45,935 nucleotides of DNA. It comes from an uncultured Flavobacteriaceae bacterium (GTDB lineage Bacteria > Bacteroidota > Bacteroidia > Flavobacteriales > Flavobacteriaceae). The position numbers were made by a program, and so were the translations under genes. The notes beneath the pieces are model-generated. The model saw only the letters and a program-made list of their open reading frames with translations, was not told where the DNA came from and did no database searches. Location: assembly GCA_964572365.1 (NCBI GenBank), contig CAZNFK010000001.1:17522-63456 (forward strand), read 5' to 3'. Position 1 is the first letter of the stretch. Every line of letters begins with the position of its first letter. Positions 36,241-45,843 of this stretch are shown in pieces.

Positions 36241-38642
36241 TGCGACTGATCTTTAGCTTCGCCCTTTTATTGTTTTCTGCAATTTCGTGGTCCCAGGAGA
36301 TCACAGTACTCGATAAAGAATCACACCAGCCCATTTTTAATGTGGCCATATTCAATAAAGACAAAAGTAAAAGCACCCTTACCAATTTTGATGGCCGGGC
36401 AGATCTTTCCCAATTTTCTTCGGGAGAGATCATTTTCTTCAGGCATATTTCCCATTCAGAATACCATTCAACAAAAAGGCGGATCCTGGAGCGTAAGAAC
36501 CAGGTTCTTATGGCTCCAAATGAAAATACTCTTGATGAAGTCGTTCTCTCTGTCGCTGGATTTGAACAAAAGAAGAAAGATCTGGTTCAGAAAGTGGTGA
36601 CTCTCAACCAAAATGATATTATAACCTCCAGTCCGCAAACCTCTGCCGATCTTTTGGAAAGATCTGGACAGGTATATGTTCAGAAGAGCCAATTGGGTGG
36701 TGGGAGCCCTATGATAAGAGGATTTGCCACTAACCGGCTTTTGATCACTGTGGATGGCGTGAGGATGAATACTGCCATTTTTAGAGGCGGAAATGTACAG
36801 AACATCATTTCCATCGATCCGCTTGCGGTTGAAAAAGCTGAGGTGATCATTGGTCCCGGTTCAGTAGTTTACGGGAGTGACGCGATTGGTGGCGTGATGA
36901 ATTTCTATACCCTTACTCCCGCTTATTCTTACAAAAAAGCCGGATATCTTTCAGGAAAAGTATACGGCCGTTTCGCGACGGCAAACGAGGAGAAGACAGG
37001 TCATTTTGATGTGGCCTATGGCAGAGAAAAATGGGCCTTGCTTACCAGTCTCAGCTATTCAGATTTTGGAGATATGAAAATGGGGAGTCACGGTCCCGGG
37101 GAATATCTAAGGCCCGAATACGTGGTGCGCAGAAACGGCGAAGACGTAGTCGTAAAAAATGACGATCCAAAAGTGCAGGTGCCCACGGGTTATGACCAGG
37201 TAAACTTTTTACAGAAAGTGAGATTCAGGCCTACCCAGGACTGGGATTTTAATCTGGGATTGATCTTCACGACCACTTCAGATTATCCTCGTTACGACAG
37301 GTTATACAGAAAACGTGATGGGCAACTGCGGGCAGGGGAATGGTACTACGGTCCCCAACGGTGGCTGCAAACGAATTTGCAGATAAACAAGGTTGGAAAC
37401 GGAACTGTTTACGATGAAGCAAAATTCACAGCGGCTTATCAGGTCTTTGAAGAAGGCAGGAATGATCGTGATTTCGGAAAAGAGATCCTGTTTGAGACCG
37501 ATGAGCACGTGGGTGCCTGGTCGACTAACCTGGATTTTGAAAAAGAGTTCTTTGGAAGCAAACTTTTCTACGGACTGGAATACGTACTGAACCAGGTTAA
37601 TTCTGAAGGAAAAGAGACCAATGTGATAACCGGGAACAGGGTGCCCGGTTCCTCCCGATATCCTGATGACAGCAGGTGGCAATCTATGGCTGCCTACGGA
37701 AGTTTTTTCTGGAAGTTGAGCCCCGATCTTTCCATCACCACCGGCGCCAGGTACAACCATGTGCTCCTGAATGCTTCTTTTGAGGAAGAAATGTATGATT
37801 TCCCTTTTTCAGATGCCGATATCAATACCGGCGCCCTTACGGGGAGCGCGGGATTGAACTGGCAGCAGAATGAGATCTTAGGCTGGCAGTTGAATTTATC
37901 TTCCGCTTTTCGTGCGCCTAATATTGATGATGTGGGGAAGATCTTCGATTCTGCCCCGGGAATGGTGGTGGTGCCCAATCCGCACCTCAAACCCGAAACC
38001 GCTTACAACGCCGAAATAGTTTCTCGCATTGATTTTGATAAAGTAGTGCAGCTGGAGCTGGCAGGTTACTATACTTATCTCGATAACGCTATGGTGCGAA
38101 GGGATTACGACCTTAATGGCCAAACCACTATAGATTACCAGGGGGAACCGAGCCGGGTGCAGGCAATCCAAAACGCCGCTTTTGCAAGGGTCTACGGAAT
38201 TGAAGCCGGCGCAAAAATAAATTTCTCCAAAAACCTGAAATTAAAATCCCAGGTAAGCGTGACCGAGGGTGAAGAAGAGCAGGATGATGGTACTACGGCA
38301 CCCTTACGACATGCTGCGCCACTATTTGGGAGAGCCCACCTGGTTTGGGAGAATGAGGAACTAAGGTTCGACCTTTTCACGGTGTACAATGGAGAAATAG
38401 CCTTTGAAGACCTGGCGCCAAGCGAGCAGGATAAAGCTTATCTCTATGCTGTGGATCAAAATGGGAATCCTTATTCCCCCGAGTGGTACACGCTGAATTT
38501 CACCTCTCAGTACCAGCTTGGAAAAGGCTGGCTGGCGACAGCTTCGCTGGAAAATATTACAGATCAGCGTTACAGAACCTATTCTTCGGGAATAGCCGCT
38601 TCCGGTAGAAATCTGATCCTGGCTTTGCAATATTCTTTTTAG
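36240..38642 (+). CDS. TonB-dependent outer-membrane receptor
   Basis: Signal peptide, LDEVVLS, plug motifs GSPMIRGF, VDGVRMN and GPGSVVYGSDAIGG; FRAPN, LKPE and C-terminal GRN...YSF. Confidence 0.93.
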   Translation: MRLIFSFALLLFSAISWSQEITVLDKESHQPIFNVAIFNKDKSKSTLTNFDGRADLSQFSSGEIIFFRHISHSEYHSTKRRILERKNQVLMAPNENTLDEVVLSVAGFEQKKKDLVQKVVTLNQNDIITSSPQTSADLLERSGQVYVQKSQLGGGSPMIRGFATNRLLITVDGVRMNTAIFRGGNVQNIISIDPLAVEKAEVIIGPGSVVYGSDAIGGVMNFYTLTPAYSYKKAGYLSGKVYGRFATANEEKTGHFDVAYGREKWALLTSLSYSDFGDMKMGSHGPGEYLRPEYVVRRNGEDVVVKNDDPKVQVPTGYDQVNFLQKVRFRPTQDWDFNLGLIFTTTSDYPRYDRLYRKRDGQLRAGEWYYGPQRWLQTNLQINKVGNGTVYDEAKFTAAYQVFEEGRNDRDFGKEILFETDEHVGAWSTNLDFEKEFFGSKLFYGLEYVLNQVNSEGKETNVITGNRVPGSSRYPDDSRWQSMAAYGSFFWKLSPDLSITTGARYNHVLLNASFEEEMYDFPFSDADINTGALTGSAGLNWQQNEILGWQLNLSSAFRAPNIDDVGKIFDSAPGMVVVPNPHLKPETAYNAEIVSRIDFDKVVQLELAGYYTYLDNAMVRRDYDLNGQTTIDYQGEPSRVQAIQNAAFARVYGIEAGAKINFSKNLKLKSQVSVTEGEEEQDDGTTAPLRHAAPLFGRAHLVWENEELRFDLFTVYNGEIAFEDLAPSEQDKAYLYAVDQNGNPYSPEWYTLNFTSQYQLGKGWLATASLENITDQRYRTYSSGIAASGRNLILALQYSF

Positions 38643-38743
38643 GCGGGAAAACAGAAGTTTCGTTTTCAGGAGCTTATCCCATCAAATCTTTTGAAGGTCA
38701 ACAGGTTTTCCCGATTTAAACCTTTGTTTTTGTCAAAAATCAT

Positions 38744-38751
38744 TATTTTCG
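38744..38751 (+). promoter_or_regulatory. -7 promoter element (TATTTTCG) for ileS, with TTTG -33 candidate at 38723-38726
   Basis: TAnnTTCG 25 nt before the ATG. Confidence 0.6.
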
Positions 38752-38776
38752 CGCATCTATTAGAAAGACCGAAGTA

Positions 38777-41700
38777 ATGAGCGTAAAGTTCCCTGAATAT
38801 AAAGGACTTGACTTACCAAAAGTAGCAGAAGAAATTCTGAATTTTTGGAAGGAGAATGATGTTTTTGAAAAAAGTATAACGTCCCGTGAAGGGAAGGAGC
38901 CATTTGTGTTTTTTGAAGGCCCACCTTCAGCAAACGGTTTACCGGGGATTCACCACGTGATGGCCCGCGCCATCAAGGATATTTTCTGCCGATTTAAAAC
39001 TCAGAAGGGATACCAGGTAAAAAGGAAAGCCGGTTGGGACACCCACGGTCTCCCTATTGAACTTGGAGTTGAGAAAGAACTTGGGATCACCAAAGAGGAT
39101 ATTGGTAAAAAGATCAGCGTTGAAGATTACAATGAGGCCTGTAAGAACGCGGTAATGCGTTATACCGATGTGTGGAACGATCTTACCGAAAAAATGGGTT
39201 ATTGGGTGGATATGGAAGATCCATATATCACTTATAAATCAAAATATATGGAAAGCGTTTGGTGGCTGCTTTCCCAGATCTATAACAAAGGCCTTATTTA
39301 CAAGGGCTACACCATTCAGCCGTATTCTCCTAAAGCGGGAACGGGACTAAGTTCTCATGAACTTAACCAGCCCGGAACCTACCAGGATGTGACCGATACT
39401 ACGGTTACCGCCATGTTCAAAGCGAAAAAAGATTCCCTGCCCGATTTTCTTTCAGAAAAAGAAGGGAACATATTTTTCATAGCCTGGACCACCACGCCCT
39501 GGACGCTTCCTTCCAATACGGCGCTAACTGTAGGTCCAAAGATCGAGTATGTTACCGTAAGGACTTATAATCAATATACTTTTGAGCCTATCACCATCGT
39601 GGTAGCTAAGAATCTGGTTGATCAACAATTTGACAAGAAGTTCAAAAAGACTGAGAATGAGGAGGTGCTGGAAGCTTATAAGCAGGGCGATAAGATTCCT
39701 TACCTGATCGAGGAGAGTTTCCCCGGAAAAGATCTTGTTGGAATAAAGTACGAGCAATTATTGCCTTATGCGCAGCCTTATGAACATCCAGAAAATGCTT
39801 TCCGAATCATTTCAGGAGACTTTGTTACCACCGAAGATGGTACCGGTATTGTTCACACCGCACCGACTTTTGGGGCAGACGATGCTCTGGTAGCCAAACA
39901 GGCTACTCCTGAAGTTCCACCGTTACTGGTGAAAGACGAGAACGGAAACCTCGTGCCGCTTGTTGACCTGCAGGGGAAATTCCGTGAGGAAATGGGCGAG
40001 TTTGCAGGGAAATATGTTAAAAACGAATATTACGATGAAGGTAAGGCTCCTGAAAAATCTGTTGATGTTGAAATAGCCATCAAGCTGAAGGAAGAGAACC
40101 GTGCCTTTAAAGTTGAAAAATATGTTCACAGCTATCCAAACTGCTGGAGAACAGATAAACCTATATTATACTATCCGCTGGATTCGTGGTTCATCAAGAT
40201 CACCGAAGTGAAAGATCGAATGTATGAACTCAACCAAACGATCAACTGGAAACCGAAATCTACCGGAGAGGGAAGGTTTGGCAACTGGCTGGCCAATGCC
40301 AACGACTGGAACCTGTCCAGATCCAGATATTGGGGAATTCCCCTGCCAATCTGGAGAACAGAAGACGGTAAGGAGGAGATCATGATTGGTTCTATTGAGG
40401 AGCTGAAATCTGAAATGCAGAAATCTGTGGAAGCCGGCCTTATGAAAGCCGATCTCTTTGCAGAGTTTGAAATTGGCAATTTGAGTGACGAGAATTATGA
40501 TAAGGTAGACCTCCACAAGAATGTGGTTGACAAGATCATCCTGGTTTCAGATTCCGGGAAACCCATGAAACGGGAAGCCGATCTTATCGATGTATGGTTT
40601 GATTCAGGATCCATGCCTTATGCGCAGTGGCACTACCCGATGGAGAATGCCGAAAAAGTAGAAAAAACCTGGCGAAAAGCCGATTTCATAGCCGAGGGCG
40701 TAGACCAGACCCGTGGGTGGTTCTATACGCTGCACGCTATTGCCACGATGATCTTTGATGACGTGGCTTATAAAAATGTTGTGTCGAATGGATTGGTGCT
40801 TGACAAGAACGGGCAAAAGATGTCCAAACGCCTTGGAAACGCAGTGGATCCTTTTGAAACCCTCGCGGCCTTTGGACCCGATGCCACCCGTTGGTACATG
40901 ATCTCCAACGCTAACCCGTGGGATAATTTGAAATTTGACATTGAAGGAATTTCAGAAGTGCGTCGTAAGTTCTTCGGCACCCTGTATAACACGTATTCCT
41001 TCTTCTCATTATACGCCAATATAGATAAATTCACCTATTCCGAAGCTAATATTCCTTTTGCTGAGCGCCCGGAGATAGACAGATGGATACTTTCAGAATT
41101 GCACACGCTTATCGAGAATGTTGACAAGTTCTATGCAGATTATGAGCCTACAAAGGCGACCCGTGCGATCTCTGAATTTGTGCAGGAAAATTTGAGTAAC
41201 TGGTATGTGCGCCTGTGCCGAAGACGTTTCTGGAAAGGAGATTACGGCCAGGATAAGATATCTGCTTATCAAACGCTTTATACCTGTCTGGAAACTGTAG
41301 CGAAACTTGGTGCTCCTGTGGCTCCGTTCTTTATGGACCGGCTTTATAAGGATCTTAATAGTGCCACTCAAAAAGAGGATTTTGAATCGGTGCATTTGTC
41401 AGAATTTCCGAAAGTTCAGAAAGAGTTTATCGACAAAGGGCTCGAAAGACAAATGGAGAAAGCACAAACAGTATCATCACTGGTGCTTTCCTTAAGAAAG
41501 AAGGAGATGATCAAGGTGCGTCAACCATTACAAAGGGTGATGATCCCGGTGCTCGATGAGCAGCAGCGTGAGGAGATACAGGCTGTTTCAGACCTTATTA
41601 AGTCTGAAGTAAATGTAAAAGAACTCGAATTGATCGATGATGCTTCGGGCATTCTTGTAAAGCAGATCAAGCCGAACTTTAAGGTTCTAGGACCTCGTTT

Positions 41701-42178
41701 TGGGAAGGATATGAAGCTTATCACCCAAAAAATCGGTCAATTTACTTCCGATGATATTCAGAAAATAGAACGTGAAGGACAAATTGAGGTCGAGGTTAAT
41801 GGGAAATTGCTTACATTAGAACTTCAGGATGTCGAGATCACTTCCCAGGATATTGAAGGATGGCTTGTTGCCAACTCTGGAAATATCACTGTTGCTTTGG
41901 ATATTACCATTTCCGAAGACCTGAAAAAAGAAGGAATCGCGAGAGAATTGGTGAACAGGATCCAGAACTTTCGAAAAGATTCGGGCTTTGAAGTGACCGA
42001 CAAAATAGATGTGACCCTACAAAAGGACGGTACAGTCGAGGATGCCGTTCAACAAAATATTGAATATATTAAGAACGAGACTTTAACCGCAAATCTCGAC
42101 CTTGCGGAAGAAGTGGACAACGGCTTGGAAATTTCTTTTGATGAAGTAGCCACAAAGTTGTTAATTAAAAAACATTAA
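38777..42178 (+). CDS. ileS: Isoleucine--tRNA ligase, type 2
   Basis: EGPPSANGLPGIHH, GWDTHGLP, WTTTPWTLP, EGVDQTRGWFY and KMSKR; long C-terminus without zinc finger (EGIARELVNRIQ). Confidence 0.98.
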   Translation: MSVKFPEYKGLDLPKVAEEILNFWKENDVFEKSITSREGKEPFVFFEGPPSANGLPGIHHVMARAIKDIFCRFKTQKGYQVKRKAGWDTHGLPIELGVEKELGITKEDIGKKISVEDYNEACKNAVMRYTDVWNDLTEKMGYWVDMEDPYITYKSKYMESVWWLLSQIYNKGLIYKGYTIQPYSPKAGTGLSSHELNQPGTYQDVTDTTVTAMFKAKKDSLPDFLSEKEGNIFFIAWTTTPWTLPSNTALTVGPKIEYVTVRTYNQYTFEPITIVVAKNLVDQQFDKKFKKTENEEVLEAYKQGDKIPYLIEESFPGKDLVGIKYEQLLPYAQPYEHPENAFRIISGDFVTTEDGTGIVHTAPTFGADDALVAKQATPEVPPLLVKDENGNLVPLVDLQGKFREEMGEFAGKYVKNEYYDEGKAPEKSVDVEIAIKLKEENRAFKVEKYVHSYPNCWRTDKPILYYPLDSWFIKITEVKDRMYELNQTINWKPKSTGEGRFGNWLANANDWNLSRSRYWGIPLPIWRTEDGKEEIMIGSIEELKSEMQKSVEAGLMKADLFAEFEIGNLSDENYDKVDLHKNVVDKIILVSDSGKPMKREADLIDVWFDSGSMPYAQWHYPMENAEKVEKTWRKADFIAEGVDQTRGWFYTLHAIATMIFDDVAYKNVVSNGLVLDKNGQKMSKRLGNAVDPFETLAAFGPDATRWYMISNANPWDNLKFDIEGISEVRRKFFGTLYNTYSFFSLYANIDKFTYSEANIPFAERPEIDRWILSELHTLIENVDKFYADYEPTKATRAISEFVQENLSNWYVRLCRRRFWKGDYGQDKISAYQTLYTCLETVAKLGAPVAPFFMDRLYKDLNSATQKEDFESVHLSEFPKVQKEFIDKGLERQMEKAQTVSSLVLSLRKKEMIKVRQPLQRVMIPVLDEQQREEIQAVSDLIKSEVNVKELELIDDASGILVKQIKPNFKVLGPRFGKDMKLITQKIGQFTSDDIQKIEREGQIEVEVNGKLLTLELQDVEITSQDIEGWLVANSGNITVALDITISEDLKKEGIARELVNRIQNFRKDSGFEVTDKIDVTLQKDGTVEDAVQQNIEYIKNETLTANLDLAEEVDNGLEISFDEVATKLLIKKH

Positions 42179-42183
42179 GAACT

Positions 42184-42567
42184 ATGTCAACAGAAGTAAA
42201 AGAACGCTACAGTGATGCAGAGCTGGCAGAATTTAAGACATTGATCCTGGCTAAGATTGAGAAAGCCCAGGAACAGCTTGAACTCTACAAAAGCGCGTAC
42301 ATGAATGATGGTAACAATGGTACAGATGACACCTCGCCCACGTTCAAGGCTTTTGAAGAGGGAAGTGAGACCATGAGCAAGGAAGCGAATTCCCAGCTCG
42401 CAATTCGCCAGGAGAAATTCATCAGAGATCTTAAAAATGCTTTGATCAGGATTGAAAGCAAAACCTATGGTATTTGCCGGGTTACCGGGAAATTGATCGC
42501 GAAGGAGCGGCTAAAACTTGTGCCGCACGCAACTTTAAGTATTGAAGCGAAAAATATGCAACGATAG
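42184..42567 (+). CDS. TraR/DksA family transcriptional regulator (single-Cys, non-C4 finger)
   Basis: Coiled coil followed by ALIRIESKTYGICRVTGKLI...RL..VPHATLSIEAK. Confidence 0.88.
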   Translation: MSTEVKERYSDAELAEFKTLILAKIEKAQEQLELYKSAYMNDGNNGTDDTSPTFKAFEEGSETMSKEANSQLAIRQEKFIRDLKNALIRIESKTYGICRVTGKLIAKERLKLVPHATLSIEAKNMQR

Positions 42568-42591
42568 TTACTTTTAAAAATGAATAATGTG

Positions 42592-42626
42592 ACGCTCCTT
42601 TTCCATCTGGTTTTGGAGCGTTTTTT
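42592..42626 (+). terminator. Intrinsic terminator after the dksA-like gene
   Basis: ACGCTCC...GGAGCGT followed by a T-run. Confidence 0.7.
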
Positions 42627-42640
42627 GTTTTTAACCTCTC

Positions 42641-43258
42641 ATGAAATACTTTTTCATCTTTTTTCTCCTTCTGAATTTTCCTGCCCGGGCACAGAAAGAA
42701 ACAATCCAAACCATCGATGCCGGAAATTTGACCACGGTTATTTTCAACAGTGATGAAGTCTATAGGATAGCTATAAAGACGGTGCCGGGAGATCAAATAA
42801 TTATTAGGTCAAAAACCGATGGAGAGTATTTTAACAATATCAGTCTGGATGCTGAAGCCAGGAATGACGTGTTGTATCTAAAATCCCGTTTCAGGGAGAT
42901 CCTGCAGAGTGGTTTCGATAAACTGAGTGCTCATAAGGTTTTTGCTATGGAGGTAGAGCTTCAGATCCCGGAACGAATGGAGGTGGAGATCCGGTCCAAT
43001 GTCGCTTCTGTATTTATGAAAGGAGTTTATGCCCGGGTTTTGGTTCAGCTGAAGTCAGGTTCGGGTTACCTTGAAAACTTTCAGGGAGATGCCGTGATTA
43101 ATACCTATGAAGGGGATATTGAGGTGGAATCGAAAAATGCCTCGGTAGAAGCAGAATCCCGGCACGGGGAGGTTGTCGTACCCGATTCTTTCAATGGAGA
43201 TTACAGTCTTAAACTTATAAGTATTAACGGAAACATAAAGGTTCGGGAAACTAAATAA
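42641..43258 (+). CDS. Exported hypothetical protein, DUF4097/adhesin-like beta-repeat C-terminus
   Basis: Signal peptide ARA-Q; repeated x-S/T-x-x-G-D/N-I units (INTYEGDI, AESRHGEV, ISINGNI). Confidence 0.7.
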   Translation: MKYFFIFFLLLNFPARAQKETIQTIDAGNLTTVIFNSDEVYRIAIKTVPGDQIIIRSKTDGEYFNNISLDAEARNDVLYLKSRFREILQSGFDKLSAHKVFAMEVELQIPERMEVEIRSNVASVFMKGVYARVLVQLKSGSGYLENFQGDAVINTYEGDIEVESKNASVEAESRHGEVVVPDSFNGDYSLKLISINGNIKVRETK

Positions 43259-43264
43259 AAATAG

Positions 43265-43272
43265 TATTTTTG
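43265..43272 (+). promoter_or_regulatory. -7 promoter element (TATTTTTG) for lspA
   Basis: TAnnTTTG 21 nt before ATG 43294. Confidence 0.6.
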
Positions 43273-43293
43273 GGTCCGATCAAAAATTACCCG

Positions 43294-43929
43294 ATGTCCT
43301 TAAAGAAAGCAAGCCTTCTTATTATCCTGATCCTGGTGATCGATCAGGTTTCCAAGTTCTATATCAAAACCAATTTCGCATTGGGTGAAGAGATCAAGGT
43401 TTTTGATTGGTTTAGGATACTTTTCGTCGAAAATGAGGGCATGGCCTGGGGCGCAAAAATTCCGGGAGAATATGGGAAATTGCTGCTCACCAGTTTCAGG
43501 CTGGTGGCAATAGTAGGAATTGCCTACTGGTTATGGGATTCCGTAAGGAAGAACGGCCATACCATCCTTATTGTAGCTATTTCCATGATCTTTGCGGGGG
43601 CTTTCGGAAATATTATTGATTCTGTATTCTACGGGGAGATCTTTAACCACAGTTACAACCAGGTAGCGAGCTTTCTTCCCGAAGAAGGTGGCTACGGAAC
43701 GCTTTTACACGGTAAAGTAGTGGATATGCTTTATTTCCCTTTGTGGAGCGGTTACCTTCCGGAGTGGATCCCGTTTTGGGGAGGTCAATATTTCACCTTT
43801 TTCGAGCCCGTCTTCAATATAGCCGACTCGGCGATCACAATAGGAGTATTCCTTCTGATCCTCTTCAACAAGAAAGCTTTTTCTCATGAGCTCAAAGAGG
43901 AGAACGAGAAAAAAGAAATGAAGGCTTAA
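43294..43929 (+). CDS. lspA: Lipoprotein signal peptidase II
   Basis: DQVSK, ENEGMAWG, GAFGNIID, VVDM and FNIADS; ATG 43294. Confidence 0.95.
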   Translation: MSLKKASLLIILILVIDQVSKFYIKTNFALGEEIKVFDWFRILFVENEGMAWGAKIPGEYGKLLLTSFRLVAIVGIAYWLWDSVRKNGHTILIVAISMIFAGAFGNIIDSVFYGEIFNHSYNQVASFLPEEGGYGTLLHGKVVDMLYFPLWSGYLPEWIPFWGGQYFTFFEPVFNIADSAITIGVFLLILFNKKAFSHELKEENEKKEMKA

Positions 43930-44339
43930 GCCACGTCGCGATCGAAGATCTTTTCGAATTTCTTCAATTCGATGGGTTTGATCAGGTAATCGGTAACCAT
44001 ATTAAAGGATTTCGCACGCTCCAGGTCTCGTGGGTCAATTGAGGAGCTCACCACGTAAAGAGTGATCTTCTTATTGAAATTGTTCTTGATCTTGACGAAT
44101 TCCCCAAGAAATTCCCAGCCGTCCATCACCGGCATATTAAGGTCCAAAAAGATAATGTCTGGTAATTGTTCCTCGCTCAGGTTTTCAAGTATTGGCCTAA
44201 AGTAATCCAGCGCCTCTTTTCCGTTCTTGAAAATGATAAGGTTTTTAGAGAGTTTCTTGATCTCGATGATCTTCTTGACCAGGTTCACGTAGATCCTGTC
44301 ATCATCAATGATGCAGGCAAGCTCTACCGGATGTTCCAT
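43926..44339 (-). CDS. Single-domain response regulator (receiver only)
   Basis: IIDDD, FLDLNMPVMDGWEFL, VSSS and KP; no output domain. Confidence 0.93.
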   Translation of the reverse strand: MEHPVELACIIDDDRIYVNLVKKIIEIKKLSKNLIIFKNGKEALDYFRPILENLSEEQLPDIIFLDLNMPVMDGWEFLGEFVKIKNNFNKKITLYVVSSSIDPRDLERAKSFNMVTDYLIKPIELKKFEKIFDRDVA

Positions 44340-44344
44340 AACAT

Positions 44345-45796
44345 TTAGAATTTGATTTTGAACGTTGTGCCAATATTTACCGTACTCGTCACCGAAATAC
44401 TGCCTCCCATTGTCTCCACCTGATTTTTGGTGATGAACAACCCAATCCCTTTTGCTTCGGGATGCCTGTGGAAGGTTTTATACATGCCAAACATCTTATC
44501 GCCATTTTCATCAAGGTCTATTCCCATTCCGTTGTCACTTACCTCCAGATAACTGTCTCCGTTTTCCCGGTAAGTCTGAATATAGATGACAGGTTTTCTC
44601 CCTCTCTGCTTGTACTTAATGGCGTTTGTTATCAAATTTAATAAAATACTCTCCAGATACTCTGAAATGTAATTTATTTCGTTCAACTTATCGAATTCTG
44701 CGATGATCTCCGCATTTTCCCTTTTGATAAGGGAAGAAATAGAAGCAATAACCACATCGAGGGCCTCTTTGAACTGCACATTCTGTTTTTCCTTTTTGAG
44801 GGACAGCTGCCGGGTAACCATCTCATTCAGTTGTTTGATGGCCTCCTCAAGGTTTTCTGAAATATCTTCGATATTGGTTAGCATTTCCAGTTTATCTTCG
44901 GGAGAACGGGTCTCCTTTAGTAATTGAGAAATAAGGCTGAGGTTGCTGCTGTGAGAACGCAACTGGTGGGAAACGATATGCGCCAGATTGAACAGGCGGG
45001 AATTTTGCGAAGCAATGATATCCAGGGAATTCTGCAGGTTAAGCTCGTTGGTCATTTGTTCATCAATATCCTGGTAGACTCCCCGTATTCCAATGATCTC
45101 CTGCTCATCATTATAAACAGGTTTTCCCGTTGCCCTCACCCAGAATTCCCTGTTGTGCAAAGTGAGCATCTTGATCTCAACTTTAAAAGGGATCCCGAAT
45201 TGAGAACATTTCTTGAACATGTTCTCTACCTTTTCGTGATTGCCGGGCGCATAGAAACGCAGACGGTCATCTGGATTGGGTTCATAATCCATTGGGCAGT
45301 CCAGGATCTTCTTAGTGACATTGTCCCAATAAACCGCGTTTGTTTTTACATCGAGGTACCAGCCGCCGGTAGAGGTCATTTCAGCTGTTTCCCGGTAATA
45401 GAAAAAATTCTCCTCTATGGTATATTGGTCTCTTTTTGCCTGGTGAATGTTGACGAACAGGAGTACAGCGGCATCGGCGAGGCCTTTTTCCCTGCTTTTC
45501 AGGTTTCGGCATTCAAACCAGCGGTATTTGCCGTTTTCCAGTTTTAACCGAACTTCGGCAGTGAAAGATTTCTGGCGATTGGCGAGGTCCTCGAAGTTCT
45601 CCCTGAAGTCATAGCGGTAATCCTTGTGTAAAACATGGTTGAGGAAATACTCCAGTTTATCGTTGCCGGTATCTGGATTGCCAATAAGGTAATTGAAATG
45701 CTCAGACCAGGAGATCTCCCGGGTGAGCAGGTTTATTTTCCAGTAAGCAACATCAAAGTCTTCTAGAATACTGTTTAACTGGAGGTCATTTAGCAT
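44345..45796 (-). CDS. Cytoplasmic PAS/PAC sensor histidine kinase
   Basis: Two PAS/PAC units, H-box SHQLRSH, N-box NLITNAIKY, DNGMG and GIGL; no TM segments. Confidence 0.92.
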   Translation of the reverse strand: MLNDLQLNSILEDFDVAYWKINLLTREISWSEHFNYLIGNPDTGNDKLEYFLNHVLHKDYRYDFRENFEDLANRQKSFTAEVRLKLENGKYRWFECRNLKSREKGLADAAVLLFVNIHQAKRDQYTIEENFFYYRETAEMTSTGGWYLDVKTNAVYWDNVTKKILDCPMDYEPNPDDRLRFYAPGNHEKVENMFKKCSQFGIPFKVEIKMLTLHNREFWVRATGKPVYNDEQEIIGIRGVYQDIDEQMTNELNLQNSLDIIASQNSRLFNLAHIVSHQLRSHSSNLSLISQLLKETRSPEDKLEMLTNIEDISENLEEAIKQLNEMVTRQLSLKKEKQNVQFKEALDVVIASISSLIKRENAEIIAEFDKLNEINYISEYLESILLNLITNAIKYKQRGRKPVIYIQTYRENGDSYLEVSDNGMGIDLDENGDKMFGMYKTFHRHPEAKGIGLFITKNQVETMGGSISVTSTVNIGTTFKIKF

Positions 45797-45843
45797 TAAA
45801 GTCCATAATTGGTTGGACTAAAAGTAATTGAAAACGTTAAGGT

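Noticed and set aside
44924-45547. 207-aa plus-strand ORF
   Set aside because: Antisense shadow of the histidine kinase.
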